DNA from: an uncultured Candidatus Saccharibacteria bacterium
GTDB taxonomy: Bacteria > Patescibacteriota > Minisyncoccia > 2-02-FULL-40-12 > GWA2-44-9
NCBI GenBank assembly: GCA_964513645.1
Contig: CAZENF010000003.1
Span: 127,914-191,913 of the forward strand
DNA: 64,000 bases
Reading direction: 5' to 3'
Below the pieces are notes generated by a model. That model searched no databases. It was not told where the DNA came from and was given only the letters and a program-made list of their open reading frames with translations. Made by a program: the position numbers and the translations under genes. How positions within the stretch are numbered: the first letter of the stretch is position 1; the number at the start of each line of letters is the position of its first letter. This document shows, one piece after another, positions 38,301-46,479 of this stretch.

Positions 38301-38424
38301 AGAAATATCCGTTCAGATAAAAAACCGGGCATGGTCCGCCCCGGACGTTATTTCCGAGTTTCCGGAAAAACTACGCGGGTATTTTGTCCGGTCAATGGAT
38401 AATGCATTTGCCAATAAAATATAA
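35305..38424 (+). CDS. Fusion protein: polysaccharide pyruvyl transferase (CsaB/WcaK family) + Wzx-like MOP flippase + C-terminal soluble domain
   Basis: N-terminal ISVGGGYFTT...DFVIGTRFHAMVFGLAYQVPGIAIEYEHKTRG (PS_pyruv_trans). Middle: at least 12 TM with Wzx/polysaccharide-biosynthesis-protein pattern. C-terminal 240 aa unassigned. Start taken at ATG 35305 (2 nt after upstream stop); the track start at 35251 overlaps the upstream gene. Confidence 0.6.
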   Translation: MKFIIVNSFHRDDKGDAALTHVLIDQLLSIDPKADIAVSSMEEPSNYPSFYKGRNIGSIELYSSSQIHPGLSHIFYKVYSFLALFLTAEAGKKFSWVLSKDLAKIYEEYRIADMIISVGGGYFTTKPNFGSRLHLLFALETLMLCKRMGLKVVTAPVSVGPFQYSYEARYASRILKKMDLVMLREDVSKKYFVDKEDNLPENIIRVPDSAFAFNPEGDFDLRGLVKVKPEQKILILSVRNWLLSDKQSVYEKAHADLIDHIAQKYPDILPVFINQCTFPDVSEDDRLVVERIMAMSKSKKAAFIAEDLDYIKVKLAYKQADFVIGTRFHAMVFGLAYQVPGIAIEYEHKTRGIMRDLGLEEWVISISKVTSEKLIQLFGDIVKFREFYKEHLKKIMPGYSHSTDNAVNILLNVLRKRNEVYVPGKISQKINKIISKLYNDSLYRNSFYLILATAVLAGFGFFFWLISAHYISAEQIGIATALISAMNIIAILSLIGFDSAIVRFLWHSTKRNDKLNTAIILVGSAATLLSTAFLLFLPYISPKLEFIRNSPLTLFAFIIFCVMSSINILTDAVFLAYRKTDFSMIINTIFSFVKMLLPLLFVRWGAFGIFSAAAIGQSVGFILSIFAMIWKFDYKPKFVVNMEIVREVWDYCAANYVAGIFNLIPVMLLPIIITNHLGSAQAAYFYIVMMIANLLYVIPQAANRSLFAEGAFDEKSFHKNIDKAVKMIGILLLPAIIIFILGGNFILSFFGKNYSAEGINFFYLVIFSGLSVSMYSLSNSLYRVKKQLTPLIISNAVYAFTILATAYLLLDHGLVGIGLAWFAGNTLACVGYLFYMKEAEYKMIGRGWQYTVYDMGNSRVEKKYNSIFLSYFMMFKDAFRYLRMPDLAFRKYYRETQKIAMNSLEKVMASPLDKNLFGNPKMIGTVGYEQDHLKSLGKYFMEHSADESKDKIDRVVKFCLMLFEHSLAEKYFNIADNFGLDASGNIVLIDLGEIIDSREEISVQIKNRAWSAPDVISEFPEKLRGYFVRSMDNAFANKI

Positions 38425-38432
38425 ACTGAACC

Positions 38433-39638
38433 ATGAAAATATCCAACATTCGAACGAAGATAGATAGTGACACCGTTACTCTGATGGCCGACTGCAAGAT
38501 AAGGCCGGTAGGTATTGACACAGTATATTTTAAATTCCCACTTAAATATAGGAATTTTATCTATGAAGATGCAAGTCCTTTCGCTGCGGCTTTATTGATA
38601 CCTTCGATGTATTTTGATCAATCTCTCGAGATAGACGGAACGATAAGCGCCAAACTCTATGAAGGGATGCACAAGGCCCAAGACGTTCTTTTGGGCTGGA
38701 ACTTAAAAGACCCAAGGTTAAATAGAATAGAGATAAAAGTTAAGAATACTGCCAGGGATTCCGCATCTCCGGATAAAGTTGCAATGTTTTTTTCCGGAGG
38801 GGTGGACTCCTTTCATACTTTTCTTAAACATGAACATGACAAAATTGACCCCCTCACACACTTAATACTGGTTAATGGCAATGATATCGATATTCGCAAC
38901 AAACAATTATGGTCAGAAACAAGTGAGAGAATCGGAGCGGTCGCCAAAGAAACGGGCAAGGAAGTGATAGAAGTTGAAACAAACGTTCAGGTATTGACAG
39001 AGCCGATGTTAAACCCTGAATATACTCACGGTGGAAATCTCGGAGCGATGGGGTTATGCCTTCGAGGCGGACTTAAAAAAATATACATTGCTTCAACTTT
39101 CAGCTATGAACAGAATATGCCGTACGGTTCGAGTCCGGAGCTTGATTATTTATGGAGCAGTGAAGTTTTACAATTTGAACACGACGGTGCCGAAACCATA
39201 AGAGTTAAGAAAGTTGAGGATTTCATTGCCAAATCCCCGCTTGCATTGAAATATCTACGGGTCTGTAACCGCAATGTCAAAGGTACTTATAATTGCGGCA
39301 AATGTGAAAAATGTACCCGTACAATGCTTAACTTATATATGGCCGGGGCGTTGGATAAGGCACAAACTCTCCCGCATATTATTGATCCCAAACTTTTGGC
39401 ATGTAATGTTTCTCTCGATGGTCCAACCAACGACAGTTATACGCGACTTCATAAGACTATGATCGAAAAGAATATCGATAAAGAACTTCGGGATGCGGTT
39501 AAGTGGGGAGTAGATAATATGATAACAGTCTCTCAAACCCCTAAAGAAAAAATTATCCGCGGGATGATACGCCTTGACCATATGTATTTAAGAGGTTTCC
39601 TGTTCAAGATATGGTTAAGTATCGTTCATCCGTATTAA
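38433..39638 (+). CDS. PP-loop ATP pyrophosphatase family protein with QueC-like C-terminal zinc motif (candidate sugar amidotransferase)
   Basis: FFSGGVDSFHTF (SGGxDS PP-loop) at about residue 115. C-terminal C-x9-CGKCEKC resembles the QueC zinc site. N-terminal 110 aa unassigned. Last gene of the co-directional glycan cluster. Confidence 0.45.
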   Translation: MKISNIRTKIDSDTVTLMADCKIRPVGIDTVYFKFPLKYRNFIYEDASPFAAALLIPSMYFDQSLEIDGTISAKLYEGMHKAQDVLLGWNLKDPRLNRIEIKVKNTARDSASPDKVAMFFSGGVDSFHTFLKHEHDKIDPLTHLILVNGNDIDIRNKQLWSETSERIGAVAKETGKEVIEVETNVQVLTEPMLNPEYTHGGNLGAMGLCLRGGLKKIYIASTFSYEQNMPYGSSPELDYLWSSEVLQFEHDGAETIRVKKVEDFIAKSPLALKYLRVCNRNVKGTYNCGKCEKCTRTMLNLYMAGALDKAQTLPHIIDPKLLACNVSLDGPTNDSYTRLHKTMIEKNIDKELRDAVKWGVDNMITVSQTPKEKIIRGMIRLDHMYLRGFLFKIWLSIVHPY

Positions 39639-39767
39639 ACAGTAATAAACCTTGATAGTGTTACGGTAAAATATTTGTAAGAATAGTCATTTTTTCCACG
39701 TTTTTTAATTCGTTTTTTTAATGTAAATTTTAAAAAAATTACGTAAGTTTTAAGCCGGAAAAACGTC

Positions 39768-39796
39768 TTGTAGAAACAGTTTTAAACTGCTACAAT
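39768..39796 (+). promoter_or_regulatory. Sigma70-like promoter (TTGTAG-17-TACAAT) overlapping the annotated ATG of the downstream gene
   Basis: ttgtag at 39768-39773, 17-nt spacer, tacaat at 39791-39796. If used, translation starts downstream (candidate ATG 39843, MNNNSEGK...). Confidence 0.4.
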
Positions 39797-42440
39797 GACA
39801 TCATTAAATTTAGCTTTTTCAGGCCAGGACTTACTATTTCCAATGAACAACAATTCGGAGGGAAAATTATACATTGCGGGTATCTTGGTTGCCTTGGCCG
39901 TCATAATATTGGCGGGATATTTCCTATCCCCGTTTTCGTTTACTTTTGATCTTGCTAATTTACACGGTTCTCTTCAGGGCGGGAAGAATCCTCAACAGTA
40001 CGCCGCTTTGGTTTCTCCCGGCCTTGATACAACTCCTCCGATTGTAAGTTCCTTCGATATGCAACCCCGGACTATCAGTGCGGGCAATTATGCCACCGCC
40101 TCTTTTAATGTTACCGACTCTGGTGGCTCTCATATTGTCCGTGTTGCTCTTAACCGTGCGCCGTATAGCTCCTCCGGTTGTAATGTCGCTGATAAGTCAA
40201 GTTGTGACTGGATAAGCGTTGCAAATTCAAATACTTCTTCTGGCCTCGATTCCTGGACCGGGACTTTGATGGATAACCCTGGCCAGGGTACTTGGTGGTA
40301 CGGTTTTATGGTGGTGGACGGTGCCAATAATTTCGGCTATGAACCGGCTACAGTCGAGGTCATAGTTACAGCTGCTGTTCCGACCCCGACTCCGGGTGCG
40401 GATACTATCAAACCCAAAGTAACTTCTTTTGATGTTCAACCCCGAAATATAAATGTTGGTAGCTCTGTTAAAGTTTCCTTTACAGTAGTTGATTCTGGTG
40501 GTTCACATTTGAGTCGTGTTGGTATCAATCGGGCTTTATATAATTCAACCAACTGCAATGCTTCGGTAAAAACCGGTTGTCAGTGGGTCAGTGGCGGAAG
40601 ATTGTATCCTACAAGCGGATTAGATTCATGGTCTTCAAGTGCTGATAATTCTCCTGCTCTTGGAACATGGTGGTATGGTATATATGTAACTGATAATGGC
40701 GGTAATTTCGGATACGAGCCATATCAGATACAGGTTATCGTAAATCCTGCCTCGACACCTACTGCAACTCCATCACCAACTGCGACTCCTACGCCCACAC
40801 CAACTCCGACACCGAGGCCGAGTTCAACGTCGGTTCCGACGCCTACGCCCGGTTCAGGAGGACCTGGACCTACTACGCCTCCGACACCTACTCCGACTCC
40901 GACACCTGTTCCGACCGGCAGCGACACTATAAGACCGAAAGTAAACGCTTTTGATGTTCAACCTCGAACCCTTAACGTTGGCGGTTCAGTTCTGGCAACC
41001 TTTACTGTTTCTGATACCGGTGGCTCTCACTTATCTAAAGTCGGCTTCAGTCGGGCATCATATAATTCTTCAAATTGCAGCGAAACAGTAAAAACCACCT
41101 GCCAGTGGGTCAGTTTAGCAAAGACAGCGACACCTTATACCGACAACTGGAATTCTTCCTGGGCCGATACTCCTTCCGCCGGAACCTGGTGGTATGGAAT
41201 GTCTGCGACAGATGGCGCCGGCAATGTTGGCTATGAACCGGCAACGCTCGAAGTGTTCGTGAATACTGTTTCTTCAACCCCGACTTCGACTCCTGTTCCG
41301 GTTCCTACTGCCACTCCAAGCCAAACTCCTGTTCCGACACCTGCCCCAACTCCAACTCCGATACCTACGCCCGTTCCTACGGCAATTCCGACACCGACTC
41401 CAACTCCGTCACCAACTGTAACCCAGAATTATTCTTTTGGTTTTTCTGTAGCTGAAAGTTTCCTACCTTTATCAAGTGCTGAACTAAATGCTCGTATGGA
41501 TGATTTAGTGGCTTTGCATATTGGCTGGCTAAGGTTTGATATCGACTGGTCATCAGTGCAAGGACTAAATTCAACAATCTTTGATTGGACAGCTATAGAT
41601 AATTTAATAAGTGCAGCCAATTCGCATCACATAAAGCTTATGCCGGTTATTGATTCGACTCCACCTTGGGCTCGGCCGGCTAATTGTACTTCTAATAAAT
41701 GGTGTCCGCCGGCTGATAATAATGCTTTCGCAAATTTTGCCAAAGCTGTTGTTCAACGTTATACACCTCAAGGAGTCCATACTTGGGAAATATGGAACGA
41801 ACCCAATATCAATAGTTTTTGGCAATCTGGCCCTAATTCATCAGCTTATGCAAATCTTTTGACGGCAACCTATAATGCGATCAAAAGCGTAGATTCTTCC
41901 GCAACTGTTATATCGGCAGGATTGGCTCCTGCCGCCACTCAAGGTTCAACTATATCGCCAGTAGATTTCTTAACCAGTATGTATCAGGCGGGAGCCAAAA
42001 ATTACTTTGACGCTGTCGGTTTTCATCCATATTCATTCCCGGCCATGCCTTCTTACTACGCGGTTTGGAATGCCTGGTCGCAGATGTCCTCTACACCCAC
42101 AAGTTTGCGAAGTGTAATGTCGGCCAACGGAGATTCGGCTAAACAGATATGGTTAACCGAATATGGCGCACCTACAGGAGGGCCAGGAGCCGTTGCAGAC
42201 GTTAATAATTATAACTTCTCGGCCAGCCCGGATCATGTTACCGAAGCATTACAAGCGTCGATGTATCAGGATTCTATTAATTTGGTCCGGGGCTATTCAT
42301 GGGCCGGACCAATGTTCTTCTATTCCTATAAAGACTTAGGTACCTCTTCGAGCACCAACGAGAACTTCTTTGGCGTAATAAGATATGACGGCACTCAAAA
42401 ACCGGCTTATCAGACGGTAAAACAACTACTCGCCCAATAG
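39795..42440 (+). CDS. Secreted multidomain glycoside hydrolase: three repeated ~115-aa beta-domains joined by Pro/Thr-rich linkers + C-terminal GH5-like (clan GH-A) catalytic domain
   Basis: N-terminal signal/TM; three repeats (FD(M/V)QPR..(V/A)SF.V.DSGGSH..RV...RA.Y.S..C.....C.W.S......TWWYG......N.GYEP....V.V); PTPTPTPTP linkers; catalytic EIWNEPN (acid/base) and IWLTEYGAPTGG (nucleophile) motifs. True start may be 39843. Confidence 0.7.
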   Translation: MTSLNLAFSGQDLLFPMNNNSEGKLYIAGILVALAVIILAGYFLSPFSFTFDLANLHGSLQGGKNPQQYAALVSPGLDTTPPIVSSFDMQPRTISAGNYATASFNVTDSGGSHIVRVALNRAPYSSSGCNVADKSSCDWISVANSNTSSGLDSWTGTLMDNPGQGTWWYGFMVVDGANNFGYEPATVEVIVTAAVPTPTPGADTIKPKVTSFDVQPRNINVGSSVKVSFTVVDSGGSHLSRVGINRALYNSTNCNASVKTGCQWVSGGRLYPTSGLDSWSSSADNSPALGTWWYGIYVTDNGGNFGYEPYQIQVIVNPASTPTATPSPTATPTPTPTPTPRPSSTSVPTPTPGSGGPGPTTPPTPTPTPTPVPTGSDTIRPKVNAFDVQPRTLNVGGSVLATFTVSDTGGSHLSKVGFSRASYNSSNCSETVKTTCQWVSLAKTATPYTDNWNSSWADTPSAGTWWYGMSATDGAGNVGYEPATLEVFVNTVSSTPTSTPVPVPTATPSQTPVPTPAPTPTPIPTPVPTAIPTPTPTPSPTVTQNYSFGFSVAESFLPLSSAELNARMDDLVALHIGWLRFDIDWSSVQGLNSTIFDWTAIDNLISAANSHHIKLMPVIDSTPPWARPANCTSNKWCPPADNNAFANFAKAVVQRYTPQGVHTWEIWNEPNINSFWQSGPNSSAYANLLTATYNAIKSVDSSATVISAGLAPAATQGSTISPVDFLTSMYQAGAKNYFDAVGFHPYSFPAMPSYYAVWNAWSQMSSTPTSLRSVMSANGDSAKQIWLTEYGAPTGGPGAVADVNNYNFSASPDHVTEALQASMYQDSINLVRGYSWAGPMFFYSYKDLGTSSSTNENFFGVIRYDGTQKPAYQTVKQLLAQ

Positions 42441-42441
42441 C

Positions 42442-42669
42442 TTGAATAAATACGAATTAAAACTTATTCGTTCGCTTAGTTTGACGTTGTTTGTTTTCAG
42501 TTTTGCCGGCTGGGTTTATATTGCCGGGAACGCGATATCTCATCCCTGGACCCTCGATATGCCGCTGACTCATTTTGTTGATTTTCCGCGCGAAGATACT
42601 TTTGGTGTGGCTTGTTTCGGGATATCTTTTGTCTCGTTTTTTATCTATAATCTCGTAAAAGAAAACTGA
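42442..42669 (+). CDS. Small membrane protein
   Basis: 75 aa, two hydrophobic helices; no recognisable domain. Confidence 0.3.
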   Translation: MNKYELKLIRSLSLTLFVFSFAGWVYIAGNAISHPWTLDMPLTHFVDFPREDTFGVACFGISFVSFFIYNLVKEN

Positions 42670-42670
42670 T

Positions 42671-43783
42671 ATGAAAAAGCATTTACTCAACAAAAAATTC
42701 CTGTACGGATTGGTTGTTCTTTTTTTTATCATTCTGGTATTTACTTGGTATTCCGTCAGGAGCATGCCGGTTGTCGTTAATTTAAAAACTCCTCAACCCG
42801 CAAAGCTTAATTACCGTTTCGGTTTATCGGTCAGCCAGTCCTTGCTTTATAATTTAACCGATAACGAACTCAATTCCCGTTTAGACGATATTGCATCGAT
42901 GAACATTGGTTGGCTAAGATTTGATATCGACTGGTCTTCTGTCCAGCCGTCCGGTCCGGATTATTATGACTGGTCAGAAATTGATCGTCTCGTTGCAGGT
43001 GCGAACGTGAGAAATATAAAGCTCTTGCCGATAATCGACAATGTCCCGGCTTGGGCCAGGATTTCCGGATGTCATACTGCCTGGTGTCCGCCGGCAGATG
43101 ACAATACTTTTGCTAATTTTGTGTCAACTGTTGTAAGGCGGTACTCCTCCAAAGGCATTACCACTTGGGAAATATGGAATGAACCGAATATGAGAGGATT
43201 CTGGAAACCTGTACCTAACCCTGGAGCATATGCCGAACTTTTAAGAGCAGTATTCTTGGTGATAAAAAAACAGGAATCTTCCGCGACCGTTATTTTGGGC
43301 GGTCTCGGTTCAGCTGACCCTGATTACGGTGATATTTATGCCGCCGGTTTTTTGTCGTCGATTTATAAAGCCGGAGCCGGGCCGTATTTTGATGCGGTTG
43401 CATTTCATCCATACTCTTATCCCGGTGAACCTTCCTCTGATTTTCCGAGGAACAGTTGGCCCCAGATGCTTCAGACCGGTTCGGGTTTGCTTAGCGTGAT
43501 GGCTTCGAACGGAGACTCGTATAAAAAAATATGGTTGACCGAATTCGGCGCGCCGACTGGCGGTCCTGATTCCGTAACCGAAGACGGGCAGGCCTCGATA
43601 ATTCAGGATGCTGTCGGCTTGTGGCGGAACTATGACTGGGCAGGGCCTTTGTTCGTCTATACTTATAAGGATTCAGGCACCAATCCCAACACCAATGAAA
43701 ATTTCTTCGGCCTCCTCCGTTATAATGGTACTCAAAAGCCTGCATATAATTTGCTCAAAAACTTTGCAACTACGGTAAAGTAA
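42671..43783 (+). CDS. Membrane-anchored GH5-like (clan GH-A) glycosidase, paralog of the catalytic domain of the upstream gene
   Basis: NIGWLRFDIDWSSVQ, NIKLLPIIDNVPAWAR, TTWEIWNEPNMRGFW, YFDAVAFHPYSYP, IWLTEFGAPTGGP, NENFFGLLRYNGTQKPAY; block-for-block parallel to residues 520-881 of the upstream protein. Confidence 0.7.
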   Translation: MKKHLLNKKFLYGLVVLFFIILVFTWYSVRSMPVVVNLKTPQPAKLNYRFGLSVSQSLLYNLTDNELNSRLDDIASMNIGWLRFDIDWSSVQPSGPDYYDWSEIDRLVAGANVRNIKLLPIIDNVPAWARISGCHTAWCPPADDNTFANFVSTVVRRYSSKGITTWEIWNEPNMRGFWKPVPNPGAYAELLRAVFLVIKKQESSATVILGGLGSADPDYGDIYAAGFLSSIYKAGAGPYFDAVAFHPYSYPGEPSSDFPRNSWPQMLQTGSGLLSVMASNGDSYKKIWLTEFGAPTGGPDSVTEDGQASIIQDAVGLWRNYDWAGPLFVYTYKDSGTNPNTNENFFGLLRYNGTQKPAYNLLKNFATTVK

Positions 43784-43804
43784 AGCTCTGAATTCTCACT
43801 TTTT

Positions 43805-43836
43805 AAGGCGCCGCTTTACGCGGCGCCTTGCTTATT
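43805..43836 (+). terminator. Intrinsic terminator (GC-rich hairpin)
   Basis: aaggcgccgc-tttac-gcggcgcctt; weak T-tail. Confidence 0.5.
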
Positions 43837-43918
43837 GACTCTAATTTTTTTTGTGATAAAATATAGCAGCGACAAAAGACCGCCATTGGCGGCTCTTACC
43901 GTCTATTTGGCCATATTT

Positions 43919-45331
43919 ATGGATATATTTGCGAGCGAAAAGAAGATATGCATTATCGGCTCCGGTCTGGTCGGGGCGCTTTTGGCTACGCTTTTGGCGG
44001 AAGCCGGTTTTGGGGTTGATGTGTATGAAAAACGGAATGATCCCCGGAAGATGAACGGAGGCGAAGGCCGGACGATAGCTTTGTCCCTGTCGGACCGCGG
44101 CTGGAAAGCTCTACGTTATGCCGGCCTCGAAAAAACTATCCGCCTCAACACCAATCCTGCCTACGGCCGTAGGATACATACCGGGAATGGCGAGGACCAG
44201 ATACAGAAATACGGCAGCGGTTCGGAAGCGATACACACCGTCAACCGGAGCTATTTAAATACCGTTCTGATAGAAAGAGCTCTCGAAACAAAAAAAGTTA
44301 ATTTCTTTTTCTCTTACGTCTGCGAAGACATCAAACAGGATACCGGTGAGATTATTTTTACGATCAACGGGACCGGCGAAAAGTTAAGCCGGAAATATGA
44401 CCACATTTTCGGCGCCGACGGAATGTTCTCTGTGGTCAGAAAGAGTTTTACTGATAAAAATTTGTTCAAGTTCGACGAATCTAAGTTGGAGGTCGGTTAT
44501 AAGGAAATGAGAATACCGGCCGACAGGAACGGGAATTCCGTTCTCGAGAAAAATCTCGTCCATGTCTGGCCACGCAAAAACTCGATGTTCATTTCATTTC
44601 CGACCAAGGCAGGGGAGTTCGTCTCAACTTTGTTCATGCCGGTAGCCGGCGAAGATTCCCTCGAGTCGATCAGCGACCCGGCCGCACTTAAAAACTTTTT
44701 AACCCGTGAATATCCTGAAATTATAAAATTGGTGCCGGATTTTGAGGAGCAATTTTTCAAAAATCCTTCCTCCCAGCTTTTCCAGGTCAAAGGCGGACCC
44801 TGGCATTACAAGGACAAAATACTTCTGATAGGTGATTCCTGTCATGCCATTACGCCTTTTTACGGCATGGGTATGAACATCGGTTTTGAGGACTGCACTG
44901 TTTTGCTCGACCTCCTAAGGAAAAATTCCTTTAATTTTGAAAAAGTTTTCGCCGAGTTCGGGACCTTAAGAAAACCTGACACCGATGCAATGACCGAACT
45001 CTCTCTCAACAACTTGAAAAGCATCAATGAAAGTCCAGACCCGGATTATCAGACCAAGTGGCTTATCGAAAGAAGGATATGGGAACTTTTTCCCAAACTC
45101 TGGACCCCGGCCTATGTGCTTATAGCTTTTTCACATGTTGCCTTGTCCAAGGTCGCCCAAATAAAAAAACAGCAGGACGGGATAGTTAACGAACTTGTTG
45201 TAAAATATCCGTCTATCCTTGATTTTACCGATAAAGAGCTTAAGATGGTTTTCAAACCGGTCTTTGCCGGATTTAACCGGACGATAAGACCCTTCAGTTT
45301 TAAGAGTTTTTTCAGGGCGAGCGTCTCTTAG
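43919..45331 (+). CDS. FAD-dependent monooxygenase, kynurenine 3-monooxygenase-like
   Basis: [30 protein letters not shown] (Rossmann GxGxxG), [37 protein letters not shown] (KMO-like GD motif block). Start placed at the first ATG after the terminator hairpin; the track ORF extends to 43835. Confidence 0.55.
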   Translation: MDIFASEKKICIIGSGLVGALLATLLAEAGFGVDVYEKRNDPRKMNGGEGRTIALSLSDRGWKALRYAGLEKTIRLNTNPAYGRRIHTGNGEDQIQKYGSGSEAIHTVNRSYLNTVLIERALETKKVNFFFSYVCEDIKQDTGEIIFTINGTGEKLSRKYDHIFGADGMFSVVRKSFTDKNLFKFDESKLEVGYKEMRIPADRNGNSVLEKNLVHVWPRKNSMFISFPTKAGEFVSTLFMPVAGEDSLESISDPAALKNFLTREYPEIIKLVPDFEEQFFKNPSSQLFQVKGGPWHYKDKILLIGDSCHAITPFYGMGMNIGFEDCTVLLDLLRKNSFNFEKVFAEFGTLRKPDTDAMTELSLNNLKSINESPDPDYQTKWLIERRIWELFPKLWTPAYVLIAFSHVALSKVAQIKKQQDGIVNELVVKYPSILDFTDKELKMVFKPVFAGFNRTIRPFSFKSFFRASVS

Positions 45332-45339
45332 TCAGTACT

Positions 45340-46470
45340 ATGAATTCAAGTTTTAATAAAGATCTTACCAAAAGATTTATTATCGCTTTTTATGTTGGGG
45401 CGTTTTTGGCGTCTTATATCATCCAGCCCTTGATATTTTCTGTTTCGGCTCACGACAGCCCAGATTATGAATGTAAGGACCGCGGTTTTGACTTTGGTAT
45501 TGTAAAATACGATTCAGGCGGTACGGGTCCGGATACTGACGGCGCTTCCGGTTCAGACGGATACCAAACCGGCGTTGAATGGGACGGCAATATCGTGAAA
45601 TGGAATTCCGATCCGGGTGTATCCGGCGTGATAACCAAAGAGGGCGATATTTCTTATGTTAATTCGGGCGGCAGTCGGGGCAGTATTACCCAACACGGCC
45701 AGTATCCTTTTAGCCATATAACTTTTTGCGGAAAAAACTTTCATCCGACTCCGACACCGAGTCCAGTTTGTACGCCTTCTTCAACCCCGACACCTCGACC
45801 GACCACCACTCCGCATCCTACTTATACGCCGACTCCTCATCCAAGTGTAGGTCCAACTCCGACTCTAAGCCCGCTTCCTTCAGTCACTCCAAGTCCTTCA
45901 CCCTCGCCAACATCAATGCCTACTCCGATACCCACACCTTCAGCAATTCCCTCTGTAACCCCAACACCAACTCCTACGCCTTCAACAACTCCGATGGTCA
46001 CGGCTACACCTTCGCCAACTCTTGAACCTTCGGTAACTCCTGAAGTAACACCTGACCCTTCTGATACACCGATTCCGACTCCGGACCCTTCTGATACACC
46101 AACTCCGACCAATATACCTAATCCAAATCCGCCCCCTCCGCCTATCGGCGGCGGATGTTACGGCTGTGAACCTTATGTTCCGCCAAGTCCGTCTCCGATA
46201 CCCGGTGAGGGTTCTGTAGTAACTCCGACTCCGACGCCGGACTCCTCCGGTTCCCAGCCGTCCCAAAGCTTTGGCGGGCAGTTTGTTCCGGTATTACCGC
46301 CTCAGGTTTTTGGTTACTCAACTTGTTGCCTTCCTGATACTGATTCATCTTTGTTCGAGAGATTTATGATATCCATATTTACCGCCTCGGCCATGACGGG
46401 ACTCCTAATGATGATAATTGGTTTTGACCTCCTGCCTAAGTTTTTGCTCTCAACCGGCTATAAAAATTAA
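45340..46470 (+). CDS. Pro/Thr/Ser-rich cell-surface protein with C-terminal sortase-type sorting signal
   Basis: N-terminal TM/signal, globular domain, about 180 aa of PTPTPSPSP low-complexity. C-terminus LPDTD + hydrophobic stretch ([17 protein letters not shown]) + KN-containing tail. Immediately upstream of the sortase gene. Confidence 0.55.
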   Translation: MNSSFNKDLTKRFIIAFYVGAFLASYIIQPLIFSVSAHDSPDYECKDRGFDFGIVKYDSGGTGPDTDGASGSDGYQTGVEWDGNIVKWNSDPGVSGVITKEGDISYVNSGGSRGSITQHGQYPFSHITFCGKNFHPTPTPSPVCTPSSTPTPRPTTTPHPTYTPTPHPSVGPTPTLSPLPSVTPSPSPSPTSMPTPIPTPSAIPSVTPTPTPTPSTTPMVTATPSPTLEPSVTPEVTPDPSDTPIPTPDPSDTPTPTNIPNPNPPPPPIGGGCYGCEPYVPPSPSPIPGEGSVVTPTPTPDSSGSQPSQSFGGQFVPVLPPQVFGYSTCCLPDTDSSLFERFMISIFTASAMTGLLMMIIGFDLLPKFLLSTGYKN

Positions 46471-46479
46471 ATTTTTTTA

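Noticed and set aside
40724-46348. Periodic short repeats (ccgactccgaca...) and minus-strand GVGVGVG / RRRRS ORFs at 40724-40927, 45837-46112, 45982-46266, 46142-46348
   Set aside because: These are the antisense or frame-shifted readings of Pro/Thr-linker coding DNA. They are not CRISPR arrays (no unique spacers, no constant repeat length) and not separate genes.
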